Assembly: GCA_965217115.1 (NCBI GenBank) | Contig: OZ244239.1 | Coordinates: 2,106,532-2,170,531, forward strand | Origin: Bdellovibrionales bacterium | Lineage (GTDB): Bacteria > Bdellovibrionota > Bdellovibrionia > Bdellovibrionales > CAYMLA01 | Direction: 5' to 3' | DNA length: 64,000 bases | In this document: positions 36,503-47,397 of the stretch, piece after piece | Layout: the number at the start of each line of letters is the position of its first letter | Position numbering within the stretch: the stretch's first letter is position 1 | The notes under the pieces: model-generated | What the model was told of the DNA's origin: nothing | What the model saw: only the letters and a program-made list of their open reading frames with translations | Databases searched by the model: none | Made by a program: the position numbers and the translations under genes

Positions 36503-37444
36503 TTAGCTCGGGGTGTTTTGGTTTTGCCAAAAGCCCAGTTGTTTTTTGCCCTTGCGCTCAGGGTGGAGTTGGTAGTGGTGGGCACAGTTCTTTGAACAAG
36601 TGACAGACTTGAATTCTAACTCTAAACATCCCTTGCAAATATGGGTGAAACTGTCACAGCGCTGACACTGGATGCTCTCTTCAGCGGGGTCGCCACAGTG
36701 GGGGCATAAAGAAAAAAGCTGGGAGGGCCGCAGCTCTTGATCCACGGCAACCCGATGGTCAAAAACATAACACTCCCCCTCAAACTGATCGTTAGGGAAC
36801 TGCTCTATGTAATTAAGAATCCCGCCATCGAGTTGATGGACATTCTTAAACCCCTGCTGTTGTAATTCCAAGAGCCCCTTTTCACAGCGGATACCGCCCG
36901 TGCAGTACATCAGAATTTTTTGATCCTTAGGGAGGTTTTTCTCTCTGACGAAATTAGGGAAATCAGTGAATTGATCAATGTGGGGATCAATGGCCTGTTT
37001 GAATTTTCCCAGCTTTGTCTCGTAGTGATTGCGAGTGTCGAACAAGAGAAAATCTTTTTCATTTTTAAGAACGGAATTCCACTTCTCTGGTGAGAGATGG
37101 TGGGCCTTTTTATTATCTGGTTTTAATTCAGCAGTGTTCAAGGTCACAATCTCTTCGCGCACTTTGCAAATGAGACGGTGAAACGGATTGAAGTCAGAGA
37201 GACTGTCTTTGAAATGCAAGGACTCCCCTTTGACCAACTGACGGATGTATTTTTTGACCTCTTTAATGGATTCATCAGATCCACAGATCGTTGAATTCAG
37301 CCCCTCAGTGGCGAGAATGAAAAGACCTCGAATCTGTAGGGATTTGCAAAAATCGAGCAAGTCCTTCCTGATCCCATCAATCTGGTCCCCGGGGAAGGGG
37401 GTGAATTTATAAAATGTCGTGATGTGGTATTGGTTTTTCTCCAT
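36503..37444 (-). CDS. trhO: Rhodanese-related tRNA uridine(34) hydroxylase (UPF0176)
   Basis: FYKF, EGLN, DTRNHYE, YCTGGIRCEK, GECYVFDHR. Confidence 0.9.
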   Translation of the reverse strand: MEKNQYHITTFYKFTPFPGDQIDGIRKDLLDFCKSLQIRGLFILATEGLNSTICGSDESIKEVKKYIRQLVKGESLHFKDSLSDFNPFHRLICKVREEIVTLNTAELKPDNKKAHHLSPEKWNSVLKNEKDFLLFDTRNHYETKLGKFKQAIDPHIDQFTDFPNFVREKNLPKDQKILMYCTGGIRCEKGLLELQQQGFKNVHQLDGGILNYIEQFPNDQFEGECYVFDHRVAVDQELRPSQLFSLCPHCGDPAEESIQCQRCDSFTHICKGCLELEFKSVTCSKNCAHHYQLHPERKGKKQLGFWQNQNTPS

Positions 37445-37645
37445 AGGTCTATGTATTTACTTGATTCATCCCATTGAGGTCAAGGGTTCGGGAAGAATAA
37501 GAAGGGAGAGCGCCATGGTGTAAACCCCCTTTTAGAATCACGGGTTTTTTGCCAAAACCAATTCAAACAATTGAATTAAAAGAATAAATTGGTTATTAAC
37601 TCAAAGGCGAGGGCGCGATTGGCGCCCCCTAGAGTTGGAGTTTTT

Positions 37646-39238
37646 ATGTCAGTGCAAGGGGAAATTCAGAGGAGAAGAACTTTTGCGATTATCTCCCATC
37701 CAGATGCGGGAAAAACCACGTTGACAGAGAAGCTGCTCTACCACGGCGGAGCCATTCACGCGACGGGTGAGGTCAAGGGCAAGGGCGGAACGCGGGCGGC
37801 TAAATCTGATTGGATGAAATTAGAACAGGAGAAGGGAATCTCCATCACCTCCAGCGTGATGCAATTTGATTACAATGGACATAGAATTAATCTTCTAGAC
37901 ACTCCCGGACATAAAGACTTTGGGGAAGACACCTACCGAACCCTTATGGCCGCCGATTGCGCAATTATGTTGATAGACGTGGCCAAGGGAGTTGAGGAGA
38001 GAACAAAACAACTCTATGAAGTTTGTCGCTATCGCCAAGTCCCCGTGTTTACGTTCATTAACAAATGCGACCGAGATGGGGTGGCCCCCCTGGATTTGAT
38101 TGATGATGTGGAGAACACTTTGAATATGAAGTGCTATCCCGTGACCTGGCCCATAGGTACGGGGGATCTCTTTAAAGGAATTTACAATCGCTTCAGCAAA
38201 GAGCTCATGCTCTATGATCAACGCAGAGATGATGTCCATGAGTTGGAGATCGTTCCCATCAAAGGCTACGATGATGAACGGCTCTTAAAAGAGACAGAAG
38301 GTCCATTCTATGAAGGGTTCATCGAGGAGTTGGAACTTCTCGATGGAGTGTTGCCCCCGTTTGATGAAGCGGCTTTTCTAAGGGGCGAGATCAGTCCCGT
38401 GACTTTCGGCAGTGCCAAACAGAACTTTGCGGTGGACACCTTCCTTGATTTCTTCACTAAGTACGCCCCTGCTCCTGCGCCAAGAAAAACAAGATCAGGT
38501 GATTTTGTGGACCCTCTGGATAAGAATTTTTCGGCCTTTGTGTTTAAGATACAGGCCAACATGGATCGAAACCATCGTGACCGAGTGGCTTTTATGAGAA
38601 TATGTTCGGGGGTTTTTGAACGGGGAATGAAAGCCCACCACAGTCGATTGGGACGGGAACTGCGCATGGCCTACTCTAGCCAGTTTATGGCAGGCGAGAG
38701 GGAGACAGTGGATAACGCCTACGCTGGAGATATTCTGGGCATTAATGACACAGGTCATTTTCAGGTGGGCGACACGGTGTCGACATCTAAGAAGATCTCC
38801 TTTGAAGCGATTCCTAAGTTTGCTCCAGAACTTTTTTGCAAGTTGAGTATTAGGGACGCCCTTCGTCGCAAAAAAATGCAGGACGCCTTGAAACAATTGG
38901 CCCAAGAGGGTTTAATTCAGTTGTTCATAGATCCAGCGATCGGGGAACAGGAGTTTATTATCGGTGTTATCGGTGAATTGCAATTCACCGTGTTGACCCA
39001 TCGTCTATCAGATGAATACGGTTTGGAAGTGAAGTTAAATCGTGAGCCCTTTGCCGTCGCTCGCTGGCCGCGAAAAGAGGGATTGCCTATTCAGGGCGAG
39101 TTGGCAGGTGGGATTCGTCTCTACAGGGATTTGGACGATAATCCAGTGATTCTTTTGAATCAGAAATGGGATTTGAACTGGGCGCAGAAGGAAAATCCTG
39201 ATATTGAGTTTTGTACATCTATTACGTCGGTGAGGTAG
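37646..39238 (+). CDS. prfC: Peptide chain release factor 3
   Basis: RRRTFAIISHPDAGKTT, DTPGH, NKCD; ATG 37646 after GGAG preferred. Confidence 0.96.
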   Translation: MSVQGEIQRRRTFAIISHPDAGKTTLTEKLLYHGGAIHATGEVKGKGGTRAAKSDWMKLEQEKGISITSSVMQFDYNGHRINLLDTPGHKDFGEDTYRTLMAADCAIMLIDVAKGVEERTKQLYEVCRYRQVPVFTFINKCDRDGVAPLDLIDDVENTLNMKCYPVTWPIGTGDLFKGIYNRFSKELMLYDQRRDDVHELEIVPIKGYDDERLLKETEGPFYEGFIEELELLDGVLPPFDEAAFLRGEISPVTFGSAKQNFAVDTFLDFFTKYAPAPAPRKTRSGDFVDPLDKNFSAFVFKIQANMDRNHRDRVAFMRICSGVFERGMKAHHSRLGRELRMAYSSQFMAGERETVDNAYAGDILGINDTGHFQVGDTVSTSKKISFEAIPKFAPELFCKLSIRDALRRKKMQDALKQLAQEGLIQLFIDPAIGEQEFIIGVIGELQFTVLTHRLSDEYGLEVKLNREPFAVARWPRKEGLPIQGELAGGIRLYRDLDDNPVILLNQKWDLNWAQKENPDIEFCTSITSVR

Positions 39239-39244
39239 GGAAAA

Positions 39245-40621
39245 ATGTTTGAAAGTTTATCAGATAAAATTCTTGGAAGTGTCAAAAAGATCCGTGGACA
39301 GGGAAGAATCTCTGAAAAAAACATTGAAGAGATACTTAAAGAAATCCGTTTAAGCCTACTTGAGGCCGATGTTAACTTTAAAGTGGTTAAGAAGTTCATC
39401 GATGGCGTGAAAGAAAAGGCCATGGGCGAAGAAGTGATCAAGGGAGTCAACCCTGACCAAGCCTTTGTCAAAATTATCCATGATGAATTGGTGGCGGTGC
39501 TCGGTGGTGGAGAGTCTGAGTTAAGCGTGCGTAAAAAACCTGCAGTGATTTTCATGGTGGGTTTGCAGGGGACAGGAAAGACAACCTCTTCGGCAAAACT
39601 AGCCCTCCACGTGCGCAAGAAGTTTGGAAAAAAACCAGGCCTGGTTCCAGCCGATGTGTATCGTCCCGCGGCCATAGAACAGTTAAAAACTCTGGCCAAA
39701 CAGAATGATTTTCCTGTCTTTGATTCACAGGTGGGAATGAAGCCTGAGGAGATTTTAACTCAATCCAAGAAATGGTGTCAGGACAACATGATTGATGTGG
39801 TGATTGTCGACACCGCCGGGCGTTTGCAAATTGATGAAGATCTCATGGGTGAGTTGGGACGTCTGAAAAAAGTTTGGGAGCCAGAGGAGACACTGCTTGT
39901 TGCCGACGCAATGCTGGGGCAGACCTCGGTGGATGTGGCCAGGGGGTTCCATGAAAAACTGGGACTGACGGGTTTGGTCTTAACAAAGATTGACGGCGAT
40001 GCCCGTGGTGGTGCGGCCTTGAGTATTCGTGAAACAACGGGCGTGCCGATTAAGTTTCTAGGTGTGGGAGAGAAGGTTGGCAATTTAGAGGTCTTCCATC
40101 CTGATCGTTTAGCCGGTCGAATTCTAGATATGGGGGATATGGTCAGTCTGGTTGAGAGGGCCAGTGAGGTCATTGATGAAAAGGCGGCCCAAGATTCGGT
40201 GAAGAAATTAGCTAAGAACAAATTCACTGTGGAGGATTTTCTCTCGCAGATTAAGATGATGAAAAAATTAGGGGGAATGGAGAGTATTTTGGGAATGCTG
40301 CCAGGAATGGGGCAGATGAAAAAACAGATGAAGAGCATGGCTCCCCCCGATGAAGAATTACGCAGAATAGAGGCGATTATTTGCTCGATGACCCATGTTG
40401 AGCGACGCAATCACAAGGTTCTCAACGGCTCTCGAAGGGAGAGAATCGCCAAGGGAAGCGGCACACAAGTCAGAGATGTGAATAAATTCATCAAGAAATT
40501 TGAAGAGTCCCAGAAAATGATGTCCAAGATGATGAAGACGGGAATGGGAGGTCTGATGGGAAAAATGTCTGGCCTCGGTGGATCTAGTGGTGGGCGAGGA
40601 GGCTCGGGATTTCCATTTTGA
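39245..40621 (+). CDS. ffh: Signal recognition particle protein
   Basis: GLQGTGKTT, DTAGR, DARGGAALS; Met-rich M domain. Confidence 0.97.
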   Translation: MFESLSDKILGSVKKIRGQGRISEKNIEEILKEIRLSLLEADVNFKVVKKFIDGVKEKAMGEEVIKGVNPDQAFVKIIHDELVAVLGGGESELSVRKKPAVIFMVGLQGTGKTTSSAKLALHVRKKFGKKPGLVPADVYRPAAIEQLKTLAKQNDFPVFDSQVGMKPEEILTQSKKWCQDNMIDVVIVDTAGRLQIDEDLMGELGRLKKVWEPEETLLVADAMLGQTSVDVARGFHEKLGLTGLVLTKIDGDARGGAALSIRETTGVPIKFLGVGEKVGNLEVFHPDRLAGRILDMGDMVSLVERASEVIDEKAAQDSVKKLAKNKFTVEDFLSQIKMMKKLGGMESILGMLPGMGQMKKQMKSMAPPDEELRRIEAIICSMTHVERRNHKVLNGSRRERIAKGSGTQVRDVNKFIKKFEESQKMMSKMMKTGMGGLMGKMSGLGGSSGGRGGSGFPF

Positions 40622-40762
40622 CGCGCCGCATGGAAACGGGTTTTTTTCTTAATTCCCCTTGGGCACTCCGTGAAATAGATCTTGTATATTGCTGGGGCGT
40701 GGAGTAAACCATTACGACGTGTGATTTGCGCGAATTATTTTTTTTATTGAGGAGTTTTTTCT

Positions 40763-41005
40763 ATGGTCGTTATCCGCTTGGCAAGGATTGGTTCAACACA
40801 CAGACCTAAATATCGTATTACGGTTGCAGATCAACGTCGTCATGCGACGAAGCGTTTTATCGAGGTTTTGGGAACGTTTAATCCGAGCCCCCGTGGTGAG
40901 GAAAAAAAGCTGGATATCAATGTAGAAAGAGTCAATGAATGGATTAGCAAAGGCGCTCAACCCAGTGATAGGGTGAAATCTCTCCTCAAACAAGCGCAGG
41001 CTTGA
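40763..41005 (+). CDS. rpsP: 30S ribosomal protein S16
   Basis: MVVIRLAR...YRITVAD...GAQPS. Confidence 0.96.
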   Translation: MVVIRLARIGSTHRPKYRITVADQRRHATKRFIEVLGTFNPSPRGEEKKLDINVERVNEWISKGAQPSDRVKSLLKQAQA

Positions 41006-41065
41006 TAGATAATCAGAGAATACAAATAAATAGGATCGATTCTAAAGTGAGAGACGGAGAAAATA

Positions 41066-41311
41066 ATGGATCATAGTAATTTGAGTGATTTAGTTGAGTT
41101 CATGGCAAAGTCGTTGGTGGATAATCCAGATGATGTGCAAGTCAATGAGGTCGAGGGCGAGCAGACCACAGTGCTTGAGCTTAAGGTTCACGACAGTGAT
41201 TTGGGAAAGGTCATCGGTAAGCAAGGGCGTACAGCACGATCTATGCGAACTGTTTTAAATGCGGCGGGCACCAAAATCTCGAAGCGTTGTGTTTTGGAAA
41301 TTATTGAATAG
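41066..41311 (+). CDS. khpA: KH-domain RNA-binding protein (UPF0109)
   Basis: [13 protein letters not shown]; conserved position after rpsP. Confidence 0.92.
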   Translation: MDHSNLSDLVEFMAKSLVDNPDDVQVNEVEGEQTTVLELKVHDSDLGKVIGKQGRTARSMRTVLNAAGTKISKRCVLEIIE

Positions 41312-41341
41312 GCGAAGAAAGACGGAAAATTTAATTTTAAA

Positions 41342-41371
41342 AAAAGCTGGGAACATCACCCGGCTTTTTTA
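41342..41371 (+). terminator. Terminator-like hairpin after khpA
   Basis: aaaagctggg-aacatca-cccggctttt with A and T tracts. Confidence 0.55.
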
Positions 41372-41379
41372 TTGGGAAG

Positions 41380-41907
41380 GTGCTCTTGTTAAAGGTGGGT
41401 AAAGTTAAGGAGGCCCATGGAATCAAGGGCGAACTTTATATTCTGGTCTTCTCCAAAGAAACTCCCTGGCTAGAAGATCTTAAAAACATTCATTTGCGAA
41501 ATGAGAGTTCCCAAGAGTCCATTGAGTTAGAGATTGGAAATGCCAGACGACATAAATCAGGTTTTATATTACGAACAGAGACGATCAAAGATAGAAACCG
41601 AGCTGAGGAGTTAAAGGGTTGGGAGTTTTACCTGCCAAAGGATTTATTTGTCACAGAGGGGAAGGGGGATTTTTTTCTCTGTGAGATAGAGAATTTCCAG
41701 GTGATAGATGAAAACTCAGAGATGATTGGAGTGGTGTCTGGATTTGCTTCAACTCCAGGGCAGGATCTTATGCGCTTGAGGACGGAGGGGGGAGATGAGT
41801 TTTTGGTTCCCCTCGTCGATCGTTTTATCGTCAAGGTCGATCGAGAGAGGGAGATCTTGCAGGTGTCACTGCCGGATGGATTATTAGAGCCAGAATATGC
41901 GATTTAA
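41380..41907 (+). CDS. rimM: 16S rRNA processing protein RimM
   Basis: VGKVKEAHGIKGE; PRC-barrel tail PDGLL. Confidence 0.93.
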   Translation: MLLLKVGKVKEAHGIKGELYILVFSKETPWLEDLKNIHLRNESSQESIELEIGNARRHKSGFILRTETIKDRNRAEELKGWEFYLPKDLFVTEGKGDFFLCEIENFQVIDENSEMIGVVSGFASTPGQDLMRLRTEGGDEFLVPLVDRFIVKVDREREILQVSLPDGLLEPEYAI

Positions 41908-42712
41908 TATTATCACGCTATTGCCGAAAATGATTGATGACGCTCTGAAAGAGGGCGTTGTCGCCCAGGCCTTTGCCCACGGTGATCTTGATTTAAATTT
42001 AGTAAATCCCAGAGATTTTGCCCAGGACATTCACCAAACTGTGGATGATCGTCCCTTTGGTGGTGGGGATGGTATGATAATGATGGCGGAGCCGTTGAGG
42101 CGGGCCGTGGATTCGGTGAAAAACTCTGAAGGCAGTGGCCAGGTAATTTATCTCTCTCCCCACGGGGAGAAATTTTCAAATGCCATGGCTGTAGAGATGG
42201 GTCAGAGTGGAGAGATCACCTTGGTGTGTGGACGCTATGGTGGAGTGGACCAGAGATTTATTGATGGACTGGTGGATCGTGAAGTCTCCCTGGGGGATTA
42301 TGTCTTGAGTGGGGGAGAGCTGGGGGCTCTGGTGATGGTGGATGCCATCGCTCGGTTCATTCCTGGAGTTTTGGGGAATCCGGAGTCAGCCCACAGTGAG
42401 TCTTTTTCACAGGGATTACTAGAAGGTCCCCAGTACACCCGTCCTCGGAGCTATGGGGGCAGAGATGTGCCATCCGTGCTTTTGAGTGGAGATCACGCAA
42501 GAATAAAACAATGGCGGCGGCAGGTGGCGATTTTATACACCTGGGGATTGCGTCCAGAGTTACTCAAGAGAGCCGTCAAAGACGGCTTGGTAAAGTCTGA
42601 TGAGATTGGCTTAGCCCACAGGTATTGGCTGGAGTTAGATGCTGGGGAGAGGGACAGGATTTTTGCAGGTTCCATGGGTGAGAGACTTGACCCCGAATTG
42701 CTAAAATGTTAA
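41897..42712 (+). CDS. trmD: tRNA (guanine37-N1)-methyltransferase
   Basis: VDDRPFGGGDGM, CGRYGGVDQR, GDYVLSGGE, PQYTRP. Confidence 0.96.
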   Translation: MRFNIITLLPKMIDDALKEGVVAQAFAHGDLDLNLVNPRDFAQDIHQTVDDRPFGGGDGMIMMAEPLRRAVDSVKNSEGSGQVIYLSPHGEKFSNAMAVEMGQSGEITLVCGRYGGVDQRFIDGLVDREVSLGDYVLSGGELGALVMVDAIARFIPGVLGNPESAHSESFSQGLLEGPQYTRPRSYGGRDVPSVLLSGDHARIKQWRRQVAILYTWGLRPELLKRAVKDGLVKSDEIGLAHRYWLELDAGERDRIFAGSMGERLDPELLKC

Positions 42713-42799
42713 AAATTTCGTCTTGTGTTGGCCGTGGTTTGATTTGGTCCGACCCACTGATTTGAATTTTGGATAAAAAAAATAGAGGAGACTGGGATC

Positions 42800-43198
42800 A
42801 TGACAGATCTTGTGAGAAGAGTGACCTTTGGTCGCATGGAGAAAAAAAAGTTTGAGAGCTTTAATACTGGGGACACCGTGAAGGTTTCTGTGCGTATTAA
42901 AGAGGGAGATAAAGAGCGTATTCAGATTTATCAGGGAGTTGTTTTAAAAATTCAAGGTTCTGGTATGGGTAGGACGTTCACTGTTAGAAAAATATCTTCT
43001 GGTGTGGGAGTAGAGAAGACTTTTCCTTTTGTCTCCCCTGCGGTGGAGAAGGTCGAAGTCTTAGCTTATGGTAAAGTTCGCCGTGCCCGGTTGTTTTATC
43101 AACGGGGACGTTCTGGTAAGGCGGCTAAAATTGTTTCTGAGTTGGCGGTCACTCGTAGGGGACGCTTGAAGGCAGAAACTGAAAAAAGTTCCTCTTAA
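42800..43198 (+). CDS. rplS: 50S ribosomal protein L19
   Basis: GDTVKV...EGDKERIQ...[10 protein letters not shown]. Confidence 0.96.
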   Translation: MTDLVRRVTFGRMEKKKFESFNTGDTVKVSVRIKEGDKERIQIYQGVVLKIQGSGMGRTFTVRKISSGVGVEKTFPFVSPAVEKVEVLAYGKVRRARLFYQRGRSGKAAKIVSELAVTRRGRLKAETEKSSS

Positions 43199-43241
43199 AA
43201 AATACCCTCCATTTGCTTGGCGGGATTTAAAACCAAATCCT

Positions 43242-43799
43242 GTGATAGGAGTGGACGAGGCGGGTCGCGGTTGTCTGATTGGTCCCGTTTACGCTGGGGC
43301 CGTTATTATCAATGGAAAAGAGGACACGTCTTTTTTAACTGACTCTAAATTAATTTCCGAAAAACAGAGAGAAGAATTATTTGAAATCATTTTAAATGAT
43401 CATCAAGTGGGCATAGGTTTTGCGACAGTTGAGGAGATTGAAAAACTCAATATTCTCCACGCGGCTTTGTTGGCGATGAAGAGGGCTGTTGAGAATTTAA
43501 ATCTGTCCAATGGAGGTCATGTGCTTGTTGATGGGAATAAATTAATTTCTGGTTTAGAGAGTTATGAGCAGACGACTTTGGTTAAGGGTGATTTAAGGGC
43601 GACGCCTGTTTCAGCGGCCTCTATTGTGGCCAAGGTCTCCCGGGATCGATTGCTTCGGAAAATGGCGGGGGAGTACCCAGAATATAATTTAGCTCAGCAC
43701 AAGGGATACGGCACGAAGGCCCATAGGGAGGCGATCGCTCGATTTGGTCCAACTCCAGAGCATAGGCGGAAATTTTCTGGTGTTAAAGAGTATTTATAA
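43242..43799 (+). CDS. rnhB: Ribonuclease HII
   Basis: GVDEAGRG, DSK, VDGN, AASIVAKV.RD, KGYGT; true start may lie further upstream. Confidence 0.94.
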   Translation: MIGVDEAGRGCLIGPVYAGAVIINGKEDTSFLTDSKLISEKQREELFEIILNDHQVGIGFATVEEIEKLNILHAALLAMKRAVENLNLSNGGHVLVDGNKLISGLESYEQTTLVKGDLRATPVSAASIVAKVSRDRLLRKMAGEYPEYNLAQHKGYGTKAHREAIARFGPTPEHRRKFSGVKEYL

Positions 43800-44115
43800 G
43801 AATGGCCGCTGGGCCGAAGAGATCACAAAGAAATTTTATCAAAAGCAGGGTTACACTCTTGATTGGCAGCGGAGAAAGATCATGGGGATAGAGGTGGACC
43901 TTGTTTTTCAAAACGCAGATCACTTCTTGATGGTGGAGGTGAAGACTCAAGTGAAGGCGGAATTTTTAGACAGCTGCTTGGGGAGTGAGCAGAAGAGGAG
44001 ATTGTCCCAGGCCCTCTTGTTCTTAACAGAGAACTTATCTAAACCGATCATTATGGAATTGGCTATAGTGAGTCACTGTGGCGAGGTGACGAGGCTTGAG
44101 GATGTATTGGTCTAA
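43744..44115 (+). CDS. YraN / UPF0102 family endonuclease-like protein
   Basis: G.WAE, EVDLV, VEVK; follows rnhB; start uncertain. Confidence 0.82.
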   Translation: MVQLQSIGGNFLVLKSIYKNGRWAEEITKKFYQKQGYTLDWQRRKIMGIEVDLVFQNADHFLMVEVKTQVKAEFLDSCLGSEQKRRLSQALLFLTENLSKPIIMELAIVSHCGEVTRLEDVLV

Positions 44116-44141
44116 GAGAGTGTGTGGCTTGTTTTTTATTT

Positions 44142-46622
44142 CTAATAGAGTGAGCTTTTCTTGTCGCCATTAAATTTAAATTCAAAAGAGATATTAAAAT
44201 CAGTGGGGTCAGCTTGATCTCTGGAATCAGCCAGTGAAAAACTGACAGCCCAACAGTTACCAGGGAATTTTACGAGGGCTATGGATTTCCAAGATTTTAG
44301 TTCTGCTGTGACTTGGTTGTAGATCATGTTAGCGGCAAAATCTAAGTACTGCCATGATTTAAAAAATGAGAGCGTGTAATCCTCAACCCTAGTGTCGTAG
44401 GGAATAGTGGTCTCTTCACCGATTTGAAATTTACGATTGATCAAGAGTTCTAGATAATCTGATGTGTTTACGGAGAAGCGCAGACGGGAGTCAAAATTAG
44501 CTACAGAGTGGTAGGGATAGTAACTGAGCTTGGTGATTGTTTCAAAAAACTTTAGATGAACCTCTAAGAGAGTATTGATGGTGGACCAGGGTTGTTTGTT
44601 GTTTCTACGAGCCTCAAAAGAGTCGTAGGTTTGAGATAATTGAAGTTTAGCGATTTGTTTGTAATCGGCTCCATCGGGGGTCCATGTTTTGCGGGTGAGT
44701 TTATTGTTAATGGCAAAAGTGACGAGTTCACGATCGTAGAGGCGGTCGAAATAATCAAATTGAAGCCTTCTGTTAGAGAATAAATCCTGATTACTAATCG
44801 ATTCGTTCGCACGGAAGAAGGGAGTCTCAGCTTGCTTCCCTTCGATATTGAAAAAAGGATGACCTTCGTCTTCGATCCAGGGTATGGTGGTTGCGATAAT
44901 TTCAGGTTGAATCTCATGTTTATAGATGGGTCGCTTGGTGTTTCCCATGCCGTAACTCTTACTGAGAGTTGTCTTTGTGGAGAGAGTTGCCCTTAAATGA
45001 CTGCGGTGGTAATTGCTTTGTTCAGAGAATCCAAAATTATATCGTGTTTGACGAAATGTCAGGCTGGGAACAAAATCAAAATAACGGCCCAAGTGCAGGG
45101 GATAGATGACACTGGGACTGATATTTATTCGTTGTCCTGTACGGATGAGATCTTGTGGGTCAAATTTTCCATCGCGTATGTTGTGACAATCCGGAGAAAA
45201 GTCATCGCAGGTGAGACCGTCTTTCTTGGCATTATTTGTTGGAAAGCGTCGGGTAATTTTTGATGTTCGCGCCGATCGGTTGTCACCGTCTAGTTCAGTG
45301 ATGTCATCGTAATTGGAGTCTGGTCGATAGAAATTGGTGTAGTTCATATCTAAACGAAAGAGCAGAGGAAGGTTAAATATTTTCTGTTCAGCTAAAGAGT
45401 AGGTGACCTCTGGCAGGCGATGGACAGCGTCTTTGTTGTCTCCATAGGGATTGGCTTGCAGTAGATTGATGTAGTAGGAGGCATCGATACTTAGATGTTG
45501 GGTGTCGGTGTTCTTAGTAAAAGACATTCGATTGTCCAAGGCTGAGTAGCCATTGGTGAGAGTTTCTTCAGCGAAATCTTTGGAGTACTGCAAATCACTG
45601 GGCAGGTCTAAATTAACTCTATAAATAGAGTTGTTAGAAAATTCAAAGTGATTTTCGTATTTGAAATGCCAACGTTTGACTCCTTGGGGTTTCCCGTCAG
45701 GTTGATACTTGCTGAAACGATAATCATCCCTTCCTAAATGGGGAGCATCAACATAGGTGTAGTTGAGTTTGCCGCGGCTGTTTTCTGAGAGAAGATAACG
45801 GTATTCAAAGAGATAGCGTTTTCTTCTTGGATGGTTGTTGAAGGTCCATGTCGTATCTTGACTACGGTTCATTGCCCAAAAAAAACTTTGAGAAAAGGTA
45901 AAGCCTCTACCGCTGAAACCAAAAGAAGGGAATAACAACCCTGATTGGCGAGCGCTTTTTAAAGGAATAATAATATAAGGCAATGGGAGTATGGGAAGAC
46001 CGGCTATGCGAAGTATGGGGTAACTGATGTATGCGTACTCTCCTATGCGAGCCTTAATGTGACTGCCAGTGAAATTCCATGGAGCGGGGCAGGTGTCACA
46101 GGCGGTGTAACTGCCTTGAGTCACTTCATAATCATTTTCACCCACTTTATGAATAATTTCTCCAGCAAAAACAACGCCGCCTGATTTAACAAAGCCATCG
46201 TACATGGTTCCTAAGTTCGTTTTATAACTAATTGTAACTCTCTTGGTCGAGATATGAGCTGTTGGAGTGACGATGGTTACGTTACCATAGGCCTCTATCA
46301 TTTTTCCCTTAGAGTACACTGTGGCTCTTTGAGCCGAGAGATGTTGATTGTTAAAAACAATCTGCACCTGTCCTGAGAGTTCGATGGTGCCCCTGTCGGA
46401 GTCCTGGAACACATTGTCGGCATTGAGCACAATGTCTTTGATCTCAGGAAGGGCAAAGGAGGTTGAGCCCATGGAGGCATTCAAGAAAAGAGTCAAGACA
46501 GTGCATGGAAGGATATTCGCTAAGATACTAAAATAATTGATATTTCCAACACGCAACACATCCACCCCTAATATCGCGCCATCATAGTCGTTGAGGTGTC
46601 GAGGGTAAATTAAAATTACCAA
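44142..46622 (-). CDS. lptD: LPS-assembly outer membrane protein LptD
   Basis: OstA-like N-domain, YTACD.C..PW, RQSGLLFP, beta-barrel with CW near the C-terminus; true start probably downstream of 46622. Confidence 0.88.
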   Translation of the reverse strand: MVILIYPRHLNDYDGAILGVDVLRVGNINYFSILANILPCTVLTLFLNASMGSTSFALPEIKDIVLNADNVFQDSDRGTIELSGQVQIVFNNQHLSAQRATVYSKGKMIEAYGNVTIVTPTAHISTKRVTISYKTNLGTMYDGFVKSGGVVFAGEIIHKVGENDYEVTQGSYTACDTCPAPWNFTGSHIKARIGEYAYISYPILRIAGLPILPLPYIIIPLKSARQSGLLFPSFGFSGRGFTFSQSFFWAMNRSQDTTWTFNNHPRRKRYLFEYRYLLSENSRGKLNYTYVDAPHLGRDDYRFSKYQPDGKPQGVKRWHFKYENHFEFSNNSIYRVNLDLPSDLQYSKDFAEETLTNGYSALDNRMSFTKNTDTQHLSIDASYYINLLQANPYGDNKDAVHRLPEVTYSLAEQKIFNLPLLFRLDMNYTNFYRPDSNYDDITELDGDNRSARTSKITRRFPTNNAKKDGLTCDDFSPDCHNIRDGKFDPQDLIRTGQRINISPSVIYPLHLGRYFDFVPSLTFRQTRYNFGFSEQSNYHRSHLRATLSTKTTLSKSYGMGNTKRPIYKHEIQPEIIATTIPWIEDEGHPFFNIEGKQAETPFFRANESISNQDLFSNRRLQFDYFDRLYDRELVTFAINNKLTRKTWTPDGADYKQIAKLQLSQTYDSFEARRNNKQPWSTINTLLEVHLKFFETITKLSYYPYHSVANFDSRLRFSVNTSDYLELLINRKFQIGEETTIPYDTRVEDYTLSFFKSWQYLDFAANMIYNQVTAELKSWKSIALVKFPGNCWAVSFSLADSRDQADPTDFNISFEFKFNGDKKSSLY

Positions 46623-46866
46623 TTAATTAATGCACCGCAAGGAGGGATGAAGGGCGGGTGAAGGGCGAGCAAAAGAGAGGAGCTAAATCACTCTTGTCCC
46701 CATGACATTTGTCTCGCAGAAAGACAAAAGTTCGGTCTAGAAAAACAGCTGTTTTTCAATGAGGGGAAGTGTGGAGGGAATCCTAGTCTTTGCGCTCATT
46801 GTTTTATGAATGTTCAGTTGTCATAATTTACTCTACTGGTGAAAACAGTTTGTAAGAGGGGAACCT

Positions 46867-47397
46867 ATGGAAGCGAAAATAAAACAGGAAGGCGATGTCA
46901 ATATCGTGCGGCTGTCTGGAAAAATTGATTTGGATACGGTGAACAAGTTTCGTACAGCCTGTTTAGAGAGACTTGTGAACAGGAAAGTGGTGATCAGTAT
47001 GGGTGAACTTTTCTTTGTTGGTTCAAACGGGATAGTTATTTTCTTAGAAACTCTTAAGGAGCTAGGAAAGAGAAATACAAGAAGCATCAGAGTGTGTGGT
47101 GCTCGCCCTGAGTTCCTAAAGATATTTGCCGCGCACAATCTTGATAGGGTTGATGCCTATGATGATGAGAGAAAAGCGATGGTGTCCTTTAGTTATGCTC
47201 AACCTCAAATCGATTTTTTGCCCAAGAGAAAAGAGACAATATTCCAATCAAACATTCAAACATCCTTTAAAGAAAAAGAAAAAGAACAGGAGCAATCACA
47301 AACAGCATCCGCTGAAAGTCAGAGAGATGAAGAGAGAGAAGGGATTTACCCCGATTTTTCTGAACAAGTCCGCAATGGGAAGTTTAATTATAAGTGA
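46867..47397 (+). CDS. STAS-domain anti-sigma-factor antagonist with charged C-terminal extension
   Basis: IVRLSGKID..T...FR; FVGSNGI at the phosphoserine-motif position. Confidence 0.82.
   Translation: MEAKIKQEGDVNIVRLSGKIDLDTVNKFRTACLERLVNRKVVISMGELFFVGSNGIVIFLETLKELGKRNTRSIRVCGARPEFLKIFAAHNLDRVDAYDDERKAMVSFSYAQPQIDFLPKRKETIFQSNIQTSFKEKEKEQEQSQTASAESQRDEEREGIYPDFSEQVRNGKFNYK

Noticed and set aside
1408..44917. Numerous short antisense or alternate-frame ORFs in the track (e.g. 1408-1815, 39160-39699, 39778-40410, 32190-32459)
   Set aside because: Shadows of well-supported genes, or AT-rich ORFs with no motif or RBS support.
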